DNA of 64,000 nt from the NCBI GenBank assembly GCA_034530875.2, contig JAVRCJ020000008.1, positions 96,001-160,000 of the forward strand. Direction: 5' to 3'. The notes under the pieces were generated by a model. That model ran no database searches and was not told where the DNA came from. It saw nothing but the letters and a program-made list of their open reading frames with translations. Of the stretch, positions 1 through 9,373 are shown piece after piece (positions within the stretch are counted from its first letter, which is position 1; every line of letters begins with the position of its first letter). The stretch is from Nostoc sp. DedSLP01. Lineage in GTDB: Bacteria; Cyanobacteriota; Cyanobacteriia; Cyanobacteriales; Nostocaceae. The translations under genes and the position numbers were made by a program.

Positions 1-77
1 TTTTTAGTCGATAAAACTAATTGAGAATACTGAATAATAATTATTGTTTACTCGGCAAAATCAGAACCCAAGTACAC

Positions 78-186
78 TAGATTTCTTGCAGAAGTCGGGA
101 AAGGGGAAAGGGATAAGAAAAAACCTTTCCCTTTTACATGCATCCCTTTGCCCCAAGAGTGCAAAAAGAGTTTTGCAAGAGGTCTA
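78..186. mobile_element. MITE-like element with imperfect 19-bp terminal inverted repeats
   Basis: TAGATTTCTTGCAGAAGTC (78-96) vs reverse complement of 168-186, TAGACCTCTTGCAAAACTC; internal AAAGGGG/CCCTTT tracts; no coding capacity. Confidence 0.6.
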
Positions 187-221
187 CTGACTGACAAACC
201 TGTAGAACAACTAGAGATCTT

Positions 222-872
222 GTGCCACGTCAAACAAAAGATAAAAAGTCATTAAATACTAAGCAAGTCAGAGATGCTGAGGCGACTCAAGCTGTGATTT
301 TAGCAGCAGCCCAACAAGAGTTTGCTAAGCATGGTCTAACTGCCGCTAGAACAGAAGCAATTGCCGCGAAAACAGGTGTGGCAAAGTCGATGATTTATTA
401 CTACTTTCAGGACAAAGAAGGATTGTATCAGGCGGTGTTGGAGCGATCGCACTCAGACCTTTTGCAAACTACTCAACAATTAGATTTGGATGAGCTTACT
501 CCTGAAGCTGCTTTAGAGACATTTCTGGCAGCATTGCTCGATTGTGTATCGCGCAATCCCAATTTACCGTTGATTATGTTTCACGAAGCAGTGCAAAACC
601 AAGGGCAATATTACAAACACAGTAGTTCTCTGAGTATTGACAAAATACTGGTCAAGATTTTAGAACGAGGGGTGACTACAGGTGTATTTCGCAAACTCGA
701 TCCCTTACAATCAGCGATTAATATTATGGGAACTTGTTTGTTTTACTTTATTGCTATAGGAAATGCAGAGCATCATCGTCAAGACAAGCCGTTTCTGAGT
801 CCAGCAATGTTAGAACAACACTCTCAAGAGGCGATCGCATTAATATTAGCTGGTGTTAGAAACACTCAATAA
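222..872 (+). CDS. TetR/AcrR family transcriptional regulator
   Basis: N-terminal HTH ILAAAQQEFAKHGLTAARTEAIAAKTGVAKSMIYYYFQDKEGLY. Confidence 0.92.
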   Translation: MPRQTKDKKSLNTKQVRDAEATQAVILAAAQQEFAKHGLTAARTEAIAAKTGVAKSMIYYYFQDKEGLYQAVLERSHSDLLQTTQQLDLDELTPEAALETFLAALLDCVSRNPNLPLIMFHEAVQNQGQYYKHSSSLSIDKILVKILERGVTTGVFRKLDPLQSAINIMGTCLFYFIAIGNAEHHRQDKPFLSPAMLEQHSQEAIALILAGVRNTQ

Positions 873-875
873 TTA

Positions 876-1091
876 TCAAGCAACTACTTGCCACCAACCA
901 AAAGCAGGGCCGATAAAACGAATAGTTAGCCATGCAGCAACCATAATACCGATACCTATCCAAGCACCGCGAGTAGTCCAAGCGACAAATAATTCTGCTT
1001 GACTTTTGGTGATGGGAACCCAAGGCAAGATGCGAGCTTCTTGACCGTATGTTTCCCCGAGTGCAGTTTTGCGACGTTTTGCTTCACCCAT
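876..1091 (-). CDS. DUF2839-like small cyanobacterial membrane protein
   Basis: MGEAKRRK start, one TM segment, IRFIGPAFGWW end typical of the family. Confidence 0.8.
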   Translation of the reverse strand: MGEAKRRKTALGETYGQEARILPWVPITKSQAELFVAWTTRGAWIGIGIMVAAWLTIRFIGPAFGWWQVVA

Positions 1092-1156
1092 AATTAGGAA
1101 TTGAAATCAACTTAAGTTTTAACTTTAATCTTGCCAGGAATTGTGGTTATAGACAA

Positions 1157-1262
1157 TTGGGGCATAGGGCAAAACCCTTCGGGTAGGGAAAAGGTGAAAG
1201 GTAAAAGGGGAAAGGTATGGTTTATTCCCTTTCTCCTTTGCCCCTTGCCCTTTGCCCAAGGC
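1157..1262. repeat. Degenerate heptamer repeat tracts in inverted arrangement (AAAGGGG... / CCCTTTG...)
   Basis: gggaaaaggtgaaaggtaaaaggggaaagg followed by cctttctcctttgccccttgccctttgccc. Confidence 0.6.
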
Positions 1263-1274
1263 GAAGCCATCCCC

Positions 1275-2849
1275 TTATGCCGAATTTTCCTCATTTGTAT
1301 TGGAAAACAGACTCGGATCGAGATAGTTAATGCGTGCTAGAGGACTTAAGGCTGCGAGAATTTGAGCGCCGTAGCTGCGGTTAACTACACGACTATCAAG
1401 TAAAGCGACAATACCTTGACTTTCGCGTACAGGAGCGATCGCTCTTTGTAATTCATTCAAAGCAGTTGGCAATAAATATAAACGGAACCAATCTTGATGC
1501 GATCGCTTATAACGAACTACTCTGCCTGCTACTAAAGGATTTTCCAAAGATGGTAGCGGCAAAGTCGCAATAACTAACAGCCGGGGTGCAGGCAAGACTC
1601 GCTGATGTTCTCGCCAAAATTCCCAACCGCTGACCAAAATACCATTTTCATCTAAACAAGTTTTTTCTACTTGCACCCGCGAACCAAATTCTGAAGCCAA
1701 AATCGTCCCGATTTGCGACTTGAGTGGCACATCGCCCACCAAGATAACGGTTAATCCTGGTGCTGTAGCACTCAGACAAACCAGCGTCCGGACTTTATGA
1801 ATAAACGCTGCTTGAAATTCTGGTGTATTGGGTAGGGGCAACTTATAGGGTACATACAGCTGAATTGCTTCAGCTTGACTCTCGGAAGAAAATTTCAGGC
1901 AAGTTACATCTTCCAAACCCAAACGCTGACGGAAAAGAGGAGCCTCAGTTTCCGGTTCTATGGCACTGCCTATTAAAACTACTGGTTGTCGCTGCCAAAT
2001 GGGGGAAAGTATTTCTCCTAATTCCATTGGGGCGTAGTGTAAAGAAAATAAACCTTGGCGACGGGCAATAGTCGTCCAGAAGAGGGCAGAGGAGGCAGGG
2101 GAAGCTTCGGGAGCAGGGGAGGAAAAACTTTCGTTGAGTAGTTGAAATTCTTGCCAGAAATGTTTCCAGTTATCTGGGATATTGCTCGGGTCTAAAACAG
2201 AATAAAGACGGCTTAAAATGTCTACTTCTGGCTGAGAGATGAGATAACACTCATAAGGATTAGCAGGATGCTGAAAAAGTTCGCGTGTCAGCTGTATCCG
2301 TGCTTCACGAATTGCTTCAGCTTGGTTTGGGCAAGCTAACATGAGTCGATCCCAATCATGGGGTTGAATCTCTTGGGTTAGCTGATGACGCACCCAATCT
2401 TCGAGATCGTCTACACCATCAATAATTGTCGGAATGCCTGGGGGAAAGCGATCGCTATCTGTCAACTGTCCTTTTAACCAAGCTTCTGGGGAAGTCAACA
2501 GTAGCCCTTGGAACTGGGCATCAGGCCATGCGTCACCAGTCCTAATCGGTTTGCTGGCTGGTAGCCACTGCTGTAAGCGAGGAATTTCCACCCGCAACAA
2601 AAGTTGTTGTACTGCTTCTTGAGCAACAATAATTACAGGGCCGTGCCACATCAAGGCTGATGCTACGAAACTGGTACGATATCGACCTTGATAGCCAGAA
2701 ACCGCCCCTACTTGAATGAGGGCGCTACGTTCGAGTCGCAAGGCGCGTGCTACCAACCGTGCCATCGTTAAATGATGGGGCCAGGAAGGGAACCCCGCCT
2801 GCGATCGCAAAAAGTTATGTAGTGACAAATGAACTTCTGCCTCAATCAC
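1275..2849 (-). CDS. DinG/Rad3-related helicase-like protein (helicase C-terminal domain)
   Basis: C-terminal LVIATLPLPSLENP...LQRAIAPVRESQGIVALLDSRV matches the DinG-type Helicase_C_2 region; Walker motifs degenerate. Confidence 0.8.
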   Translation of the reverse strand: MIEAEVHLSLHNFLRSQAGFPSWPHHLTMARLVARALRLERSALIQVGAVSGYQGRYRTSFVASALMWHGPVIIVAQEAVQQLLLRVEIPRLQQWLPASKPIRTGDAWPDAQFQGLLLTSPEAWLKGQLTDSDRFPPGIPTIIDGVDDLEDWVRHQLTQEIQPHDWDRLMLACPNQAEAIREARIQLTRELFQHPANPYECYLISQPEVDILSRLYSVLDPSNIPDNWKHFWQEFQLLNESFSSPAPEASPASSALFWTTIARRQGLFSLHYAPMELGEILSPIWQRQPVVLIGSAIEPETEAPLFRQRLGLEDVTCLKFSSESQAEAIQLYVPYKLPLPNTPEFQAAFIHKVRTLVCLSATAPGLTVILVGDVPLKSQIGTILASEFGSRVQVEKTCLDENGILVSGWEFWREHQRVLPAPRLLVIATLPLPSLENPLVAGRVVRYKRSHQDWFRLYLLPTALNELQRAIAPVRESQGIVALLDSRVVNRSYGAQILAALSPLARINYLDPSLFSNTNEENSA

Positions 2850-2914
2850 ACGCTTTTAATCCCATAACAAAGTGACTTTTACCAATCAAGCCCCATTTCT
2901 ATTATGTTGTTCTT

Positions 2915-3035
2915 TGCCATTTGTCACTTGTCCGTTGTCAGTTGTCTTTTGTCATTAGCCATTTGTCCAAAACTAATGACCAATGACTAATGACTAATGA
3001 CCTATGACCAATGACTAATGACCAATCACCAATTA
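2915..3035. repeat. STRR heptamer tandem repeats (TTGTCAT/TGACTAA type), inverted pair
   Basis: ttgtcacttgtccgttgtcagttgtc... then tgaccaatgactaatgactaatgacc... Confidence 0.85.
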
Positions 3036-3042
3036 CCTAATT

Positions 3043-4011
3043 ATGCCAACCTACACAGGAATTTCCAGCGAAGCCTTTAGGCATCCGCTAGATAGCCAAG
3101 CCGAGCAAGCTTTACGTAATTTACCGGGATTTGATTTTTTAGCCCGTAAATTTGTGGAATTTTTCGCCGAACGGCCTCAGTTAGTTTATCTAATGGGCAA
3201 CACCATCCAAGTCGGGCCGCGCCAATATTCCACTATTTACCAGATTTTTCGGGAATGCGTGCGAGATTTGGATATTTATCCCGAACCTGCACTGTTTGTT
3301 GAGCAAAATTCCCAAGCTAATAGCTACGCACTCGGACAAGAACATCCTTACATAGTCATAAATACAGGGATATTAGACTTACTAAACGAAGTCGAAATTA
3401 GGGCGGTGTTAGCCCACGAACTGGGGCACATTAAATGTGGTCATACTATTTTAATTCAAATGGCGATATGGGCGAGGAGTATCGCTTCTAGAGTTGGTGA
3501 ATTAACCTTCGGCATTGGTGATTTTGTTACTCAAGGTTTGTTGCTTGCCTTTTATGAATGGCGACGTAAAGCCGAGTTATCCTCAGATCGCGCCGCTTTA
3601 TTAGTAATGGATGACTTAAATCCTGTGATGACTACGATGATGAAAATCACAGGCGGTAGTATCAAATATGCCAATGAATGTAGTTTACAAGAATTTATTA
3701 AGCAGTCTGAAAATTATCAAGCACTTGATGAAGATGGACTGAATCAAATGTATAAATTATTAATGTACGCTGGGTTTCAAGGTGTAGCCATGACTCATCC
3801 TTTCCCTGTGGAACGCGTGCATTACTTACGGGAGTGGGCAGTATCAGAAGAATATCAGCAAATTCGCAAAGGAAACTATCAGCGATCGCCTGCTTCCGGA
3901 GCAGTAAATGTTCCCGCAGAGTCTTCCGAAATTGAAAAAGAAACTTTGCGCCGTCAAATTGAAGAATTACAACGCGAAATTAATAGAAGGAAAAGGCCGG
4001 ATAATACGTAA
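3043..4011 (+). CDS. M48 family zinc metallopeptidase
   Basis: HELGH zinc motif, AELSSDR third-ligand region, THP motif. Confidence 0.92.
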   Translation: MPTYTGISSEAFRHPLDSQAEQALRNLPGFDFLARKFVEFFAERPQLVYLMGNTIQVGPRQYSTIYQIFRECVRDLDIYPEPALFVEQNSQANSYALGQEHPYIVINTGILDLLNEVEIRAVLAHELGHIKCGHTILIQMAIWARSIASRVGELTFGIGDFVTQGLLLAFYEWRRKAELSSDRAALLVMDDLNPVMTTMMKITGGSIKYANECSLQEFIKQSENYQALDEDGLNQMYKLLMYAGFQGVAMTHPFPVERVHYLREWAVSEEYQQIRKGNYQRSPASGAVNVPAESSEIEKETLRRQIEELQREINRRKRPDNT

Positions 4012-4012
4012 G

Positions 4013-4165
4013 AGGGATTGGGGATTGGAGATTGGGAGTGAGGAGTGAGGAGTTAGGAGTTAGGAGTTAAGAATGATTCTCCTTGTCACCTTATCCTTTT
4101 TTCGCCTTGTCTCCCATCTCCCCATTTCCTAATCCCTAGTCACCAGTCACCAGTCCCCAGTCCCT
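4013..4165. repeat. STRR heptamer repeats (GGGATTG/GGAGTTA ... CCCCAGT)
   Basis: gggattggggattggagattgggagtgaggagtgaggagttaggagttagg ... cccagtcaccagtcaccagtccccagtccc. Confidence 0.85.
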
Positions 4166-4202
4166 AAACCATATCTGAGGATTAAATTAGGCATTTTTCA
4201 AT

Positions 4203-4628
4203 ATGGCAATTCAATTGACAAAACGGCTTTTTGTGTTAGCTAATATCCTTGTCTTTATTCTCGTGATGCCCGGAATTGCCTTAGCTGCACCCCTTGAACT
4301 AAATACTACTTCTAGTATTATTGTCGCCCAAAGTAATAAAGCTGGCAGTAATTCCACTTCTTCAGAGATTAACCTGACTCCGCAACAAAGCCAACAGATC
4401 CAGGCTGTACGTCAGAGAAGAAACAAAGAAATTCAAGCAGTTTTAAATTCATCTCAGCGCGACCAACTTGCTCGCAACCTCCGCGCTGGTAACAATATCG
4501 ATGGAGCGCTAAAAACTCTGAATCTACAACCAGAACAACAAGAATTAGTAGATGCAATACTGAAATTTACTAACTTGAAAATAAAGGCGATTTTGTCTCG
4601 AAATTCGCTACGAATAAGTGAAAAATAA
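4203..4628 (+). CDS. Secreted protein with LTxxQ-like repeats (Spy/CpxP-like)
   Basis: Signal peptide ending ALA; motifs LTPQQ, LNSSQ, LQPEQ. Confidence 0.65.
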   Translation: MAIQLTKRLFVLANILVFILVMPGIALAAPLELNTTSSIIVAQSNKAGSNSTSSEINLTPQQSQQIQAVRQRRNKEIQAVLNSSQRDQLARNLRAGNNIDGALKTLNLQPEQQELVDAILKFTNLKIKAILSRNSLRISEK

Positions 4629-4644
4629 AGGTTTGATTTGCCAA

Positions 4645-5226
4645 TTAAAATACTTGCGATCGCCACACTGAGGGAAACATTTGACTAATCTGAATTTCAA
4701 TTTCTGGAGATGCAATAAAGGATAATGTTGCATCCTCTGGCAAAATAAATTCTAGATTGTAAACTTCTAACTCAGGTTCGCGAAAAACATAAACCTGACG
4801 CTGATTCACATCTAAAATCCAGTAGTCAGTAATTCCTGCTTTAGCATAAAGAAGCGCTTTTTGTTTGCGATCTGTTTCTAATGTTGTATCCGCCACCTCA
4901 ATGAGTAAAAAGATATCATTCGGTGCAGGATGGCGATCGATGTATTTTCGCGTATCGATTCGGACAACAGCAATATCTGGTTCGGGTTCCGAATATTGGC
5001 TTAATTGAATGGGGTCTTGTACCCGAACTAGGGCAACTTCTGCCAGCAACCGCTTGAGATAATCGGATGCACATAGAGTTGTTGCTGCGTGTGGGGGATT
5101 TTTGGCACTCATCGGAATAACTTGCCCTTCTATGAGTTCCACCCGTTCGTCAGCTGCGATAATACCCGTCTCAAGCATCCGGTGATATTCATTTACATTC
5201 CACAAGCGGACTTTAGTTTGTGTCAT
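4645..5226 (-). CDS. Uma2 family endonuclease-like protein
   Basis: RVELIEGQVIPMS, EPEPDIAVV, LLIEVADTT, KALLYAKAGITDYWILD; start taken at internal Met (MTQTKV). Confidence 0.9.
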   Translation of the reverse strand: MTQTKVRLWNVNEYHRMLETGIIAADERVELIEGQVIPMSAKNPPHAATTLCASDYLKRLLAEVALVRVQDPIQLSQYSEPEPDIAVVRIDTRKYIDRHPAPNDIFLLIEVADTTLETDRKQKALLYAKAGITDYWILDVNQRQVYVFREPELEVYNLEFILPEDATLSFIASPEIEIQISQMFPSVWRSQVF

Positions 5227-5542
5227 TGTATTTGGTTTGGCAATATCTGTGCCTTCCAAGAAAAATGCAACTTCATTCAGGAGTAAAACTGCGATCGCTC
5301 CCCCACGCATGATAATAAACAGGCTCGATCGCTGCCTGCCAAACTTAGTTTGTCTACTTCACGCTTCTTGAAATTCGTTATATCTCAGATTGTCAATTTT
5401 TGCACAAACTATAAATTTATGTTGCTTTATTTAGCAATTTAGAAAGTGTTTTGACACATTTTTGTTTCAAAATCATCTAAGTTTGGTATGATAAAAAACC
5501 TAACAATTTTTATGTTTTTTCCCGATAATATTTGACTAAGCA

Positions 5543-5601
5543 AAAAGCCAGTGCGTACCGTGGAAAGTTCGGCACTGGCTTTTGCTCCACACTCAATGGA
5601 G
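5543..5601 (+). promoter_or_regulatory. Two-hairpin structured 5' leader; second hairpin covers the RBS
   Basis: AAAAGCCAGTGC (5543-5554) pairs with GCACTGGCTTTT (5572-5583); CTCCA (5585-5589) pairs with TGGAG (5597-5601); extended -10 TGgTATGAT at 5484-5492. Confidence 0.5.
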
Positions 5602-5612
5602 ACTTATCTATT

Positions 5613-5813
5613 ATGCCCTATCGAGACAACCTCAATAGTTGGTTAGTTGTGCGTTTGCTTGCCAATATGCAACGAATTGTTGTAGCTCGGTTCCGAACCC
5701 AATCGGATGCTGACGGCTATTTGCAAGTTGTTGAACGCTTAATACCCGATGCTAAATTTTTGGTAGTGTTTGATAGCGACAGCAAATCTGAAGTTTTTCA
5801 AGATAGCAGATAA
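5613..5813 (+). CDS. Small conserved cyanobacterial hypothetical protein (66 aa)
   Basis: GGAG RBS before ATG 5613; WLVVRLLANMQRIVVARFRTQSDADGYL resembles a recurrent Nostocales small-protein family (recall). Confidence 0.7.
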   Translation: MPYRDNLNSWLVVRLLANMQRIVVARFRTQSDADGYLQVVERLIPDAKFLVVFDSDSKSEVFQDSR

Positions 5814-5870
5814 GCATCCGACTTGGTTGCAGCATCTATAATTAATCTTGCCCTATGAGAGTTCGTTACC

Positions 5871-7556
5871 ATGTCGGAAGAAGATCTCCGTGCCGCAAGG
5901 CTGGAAAAAGTAAACCAGCTCAAGCAGTTAGGCACTAATCCCTACGCCTATCGTTGGGAATCCACCCATCACGCAGCGCAGTTGCAAGAACAATTTGCCG
6001 ATTTAGCCAGCGGCGAAGAAGTTGATTTAGAAGTTGCTATAGCCGGACGCATTATGGCGCGTCGCGTTTTTGGTAAATTGGCTTTCTTCACCTTACAAGA
6101 TGAAACCGGCACGATTCAGCTCTATTTGGAGAAAAATCGCATCCAAGAAGGTATGGCAGATATTGATGCCGATGCATTCAATCATTTGAAACAGCTGACA
6201 GATGCAGGTGACATCCTGGGAGCCAAAGGTAGTATTAAACGGACTGAAAAGGGCGAGTTATCTGTCTACGTCAAACAATACACCATCCTGACAAAATCTC
6301 TGTTGCCCCTACCCGACAAGTGGCATGGATTAACGGATGTTGCCAAGCGCTACCGTCAGCGCTACGTTGACTTGATTGTTAACCCCGAAGTGCGGCAAAC
6401 TTTCCGCCGCCGCGCCCAAATCACTGCTGGGATTCGTCGCTATTTGGAACAGCGGGATTTTCTCGAAATTGAAACGCCTGTTTTGCAAAGTGAAGCTGGG
6501 GGTGCAGATGCACGTCCGTTTATCACTTACCACAACACTTTAGAAATGGAGTTGTATCTGCGAATTGCTACAGAACTCCATCTGAAGCGATTAATTGTAG
6601 GTGGTTTTGAAAAGGTGTTTGAATTAGGGCGAATTTTCCGCAATGAGGGAATTTCGACTCGACACAATCCCGAATTTACAACTATTGAAATCTACCAAGC
6701 CTACGCCGACTACAACGATATGATGGCGCTAACAGAAGGGATTATTACCACTGTTGCCCAAGAGGTACTCGGCACGCTGCAAATTACTTACCAAGGTGAA
6801 TCTATAGATTTAACACCACCTTGGCGGCGGGTGACAATGCACGATTTAGTTAAAGAGATTACAGGTTTAGATTTCAATTCTTTCCAAACTTTAGAAGAAG
6901 CAAAAACAGCAAGTAAAAATGCTGGAATTCCTGATGTAGATGAAGCCCAATCAATTGGTAAGTTACTAAATTTGGCTTTTGAAGAGAAAGTAGAAGCCAA
7001 TTTAATTCAACCTACCTTTGTAATTGATTATCCAGTAGAAATTTCGCCCTTAGCAAAACCCCACCGTTCTCAACCTGGTTTGGTAGAACGATTTGAGTTA
7101 TTTATAGTAGGGCGAGAAACTGGCAATAGCTTCTCAGAACTTACCGATGCGATCGACCAAAGAGAACGTTTAGAAGCGCAAGCTGCTAGAAAAGCTGCTG
7201 GCGATTTAGAAGCGCAGGGCGTAGATGAAGACTTTTTGGCAGCTTTGGAATATGGTATGCCGCCTACTGGTGGTTTAGGAATTGGAATCGATCGCTTAGT
7301 AATGTTACTAACAGATTCTCCCAGTATTAGGGATGTAATTGCCTTCCCCCTACTCAAGCCCGAAGGCAGCGTTATTAAGCAATTTACCCACGATGAAAAA
7401 ACTCAAACACTGACTATTGAATTTGATAGTGGAAGTGTTTACGAGTATTTCAAAGTACCTTCCAGTATCAAGGAAGGCTTAGATAATGCACCGTCTAAAG
7501 GTCAATATTTTAACAAGTTTATTAAGGGGAAATTTAAGTTTGAACAACTGAGTTGA
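5871..7556 (+). CDS. lysS: Lysine--tRNA ligase (class II) with C-terminal KTSC domain
   Basis: [43 protein letters not shown]; tail [18 protein letters not shown]...[13 protein letters not shown] is KTSC-like. Confidence 0.98.
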   Translation: MSEEDLRAARLEKVNQLKQLGTNPYAYRWESTHHAAQLQEQFADLASGEEVDLEVAIAGRIMARRVFGKLAFFTLQDETGTIQLYLEKNRIQEGMADIDADAFNHLKQLTDAGDILGAKGSIKRTEKGELSVYVKQYTILTKSLLPLPDKWHGLTDVAKRYRQRYVDLIVNPEVRQTFRRRAQITAGIRRYLEQRDFLEIETPVLQSEAGGADARPFITYHNTLEMELYLRIATELHLKRLIVGGFEKVFELGRIFRNEGISTRHNPEFTTIEIYQAYADYNDMMALTEGIITTVAQEVLGTLQITYQGESIDLTPPWRRVTMHDLVKEITGLDFNSFQTLEEAKTASKNAGIPDVDEAQSIGKLLNLAFEEKVEANLIQPTFVIDYPVEISPLAKPHRSQPGLVERFELFIVGRETGNSFSELTDAIDQRERLEAQAARKAAGDLEAQGVDEDFLAALEYGMPPTGGLGIGIDRLVMLLTDSPSIRDVIAFPLLKPEGSVIKQFTHDEKTQTLTIEFDSGSVYEYFKVPSSIKEGLDNAPSKGQYFNKFIKGKFKFEQLS

Positions 7557-7580
7557 GACAGTAACTATCATTCAATATTA

Positions 7581-7609
7581 GGTGCGTTATGACTTTAGCC
7601 TAACGCACC
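7581..7609. repeat. REP-like palindrome / possible lysS terminator
   Basis: GGTGCGTTA-N11-TAACGCACC followed by ATTTTT; sibling copy at 7775-7806. Confidence 0.65.
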
Positions 7610-7613
7610 ATTT

Positions 7614-7742
7614 TTATAGATATGAAACTCGCCGCCAACAAATTTTGCAAGGAACAATAGAACATTCTTGATTTTTGAGCCACCTAACTTGCTCTTGCGT
7701 CGAAGCATAGAAATCTGTTGTATATAGGTGAGATGTATACAT
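7614..7742 (-). pseudogene. Truncated DUF29-like gene fragment
   Basis: MYTSHLYTTDFYASTQEQVRWLKNQE resembles the DUF29 N-terminus (LYExDFYxWxQEQA); conserved W lost, similarity ends after ~26 codons. Confidence 0.55.
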
Positions 7743-7774
7743 TTTTTCCAATTTATTTACACCTATATTAAAAT

Positions 7775-7806
7775 GGTGCGTTGCTCTGCGCGACAACACA
7801 CCCTAC
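7775..7806. repeat. REP-like palindrome
   Basis: GGTGCGTTG...CAACACACC-CTAC, same family as 7581-7609. Confidence 0.6.
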
Positions 7807-7852
7807 TTTTTCTAAGATACAGCTAATTGCCTTGTGAATTCTCTTTTAAAAG

Positions 7853-8455
7853 CTAATTTGCTACTTCAGCTAGTTCAATAATCCGCCCTTCATAATCCTT
7901 GACCAAAAAATTCAAGGGCTTATTATTACGAATTTTGAATTTCAAACCGCGCACTTCGACTCGCATTAAAATCATTTCCAGACATTCGTGGTCAAAGCAG
8001 ACGTGACGTTGCTGATTTTTGCTACCTAAACTCGCCCCTGTAATGACGTGTAGCTGGGTATTTTTCTTCAATTGATACCACAGCCCTTCGCTACCGCTAT
8101 TCATAGTTTTACTAGAAAAACTCGGCCCGGTAGACATATACAGCGGATCGATTCCAGTTGCGCCTATAGTTTGTTCGTAGTTGTAGTAGTAGTGCAAAGG
8201 CACTTCAGCTGCTGGCAAATCTAGCAGCCCTTCATATAATTGCCGGGCAATCTCTAAATCTGACACCATCACAGTGTGTACTTTTGGGGCACTGGTGAGG
8301 AACATCCACATCGCACCAGCGTAAGCCGCCAGCAGCATCACCATGATGCCTTGGGTGGAGAAGAGGCTATCCAAGGGCAAGGAGGGCAAAAAGGAGCCTA
8401 AAATAACGGGGCTGAAGAGAAGTGATATCGCGCTAACTGCTATAACCATGAACAA
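7853..8455 (-). CDS. Membrane-anchored glyoxalase/VOC-like domain protein
   Basis: N-terminal TM segments; VHTVMVSDLEIARQLYEGLL and FLVKDYEGRIIEL are VOC-fold motifs. Confidence 0.75.
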   Translation of the reverse strand: MFMVIAVSAISLLFSPVILGSFLPSLPLDSLFSTQGIMVMLLAAYAGAMWMFLTSAPKVHTVMVSDLEIARQLYEGLLDLPAAEVPLHYYYNYEQTIGATGIDPLYMSTGPSFSSKTMNSGSEGLWYQLKKNTQLHVITGASLGSKNQQRHVCFDHECLEMILMRVEVRGLKFKIRNNKPLNFLVKDYEGRIIELAEVAN

Positions 8456-8647
8456 ATAAGGTTTCTATAAAGGAGAGGCTTTTTATGATTGTCGAACGAG
8501 ACTAAAATTAAGTCCTTGTTTTTAGTTTATCAATACTTAAGTAGTCTGAGTCTGGGGCTACAAATTGAGCAACACCAAGATATTATGCGATTAACTACAA
8601 GAGTGCAATTTCCATAATTATTTTAACAACTATCAATCGCAAGGCTG

Positions 8648-9277
8648 ATGCAAATTCCTTCTTTTCCTGAAACTAACCACCCCCTGGTGAAGTCACTGTT
8701 TCATCATAGTGACGATGAATTACTGGCTCTGTTTCAGCAGTATCCGGATGCTGGCAAGTACTTTACAGTGATTTTTTGCCGTTATAGCCCCATAGTGTAT
8801 ACCCTAATTCGGCATTCGGCGCGATCGCCCGTGCAAGCAGATTATCTGTTTGCCCTTACCTGGCGGCATATTTACTACGAACTCGGCGGACTCAAATTAA
8901 ATCCTTCGGAATCAGGTCAAGAAAGCTTAACCATGCAAAATTGGTTAATTAACATGACTGCTTTTTGTATTAACGAGATTAAAGTACCACCCACAGAGGC
9001 AATTCATTATTCTCTGGAAGCAACTTCGCCGCCGCTATGGTGCTATGTAGAACAAGCATTAGACCAATTACCTCCAATTCTGCGCTTAATTGTGTTGATG
9101 TCTCAAACTTTCCATTGGAGTGAAACTAGAATTGCTGCTTATCTGCAAGCTGAAGGAGAAGCGATCGCTCCTCACGAGGTAGCCAATTTTCTCCAAGAAG
9201 GCTATCGTATGCTAGAGGACAAATTACCCGCAGACATTCGTGCCATATATCTTGGCGAAGATTTTACCCAATCTTAG
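8648..9277 (+). CDS. Sigma-70/ECF-like family protein
   Basis: SDDELLALFQ..RYSPIVYTL region-2-like part and EQALDQLPPILRLIVLM..WSETRIA region-4-like part. Confidence 0.7.
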   Translation: MQIPSFPETNHPLVKSLFHHSDDELLALFQQYPDAGKYFTVIFCRYSPIVYTLIRHSARSPVQADYLFALTWRHIYYELGGLKLNPSESGQESLTMQNWLINMTAFCINEIKVPPTEAIHYSLEATSPPLWCYVEQALDQLPPILRLIVLMSQTFHWSETRIAAYLQAEGEAIAPHEVANFLQEGYRMLEDKLPADIRAIYLGEDFTQS

Positions 9278-9373
9278 GTTACGTATAAACGCGAGTACTT
9301 GTTGTCTTCTTTTTAAAATTAAAACTTCACTTTAGTCTTTCTACTTAAGCCCGCAACTTAATAGGTAAGTTTT

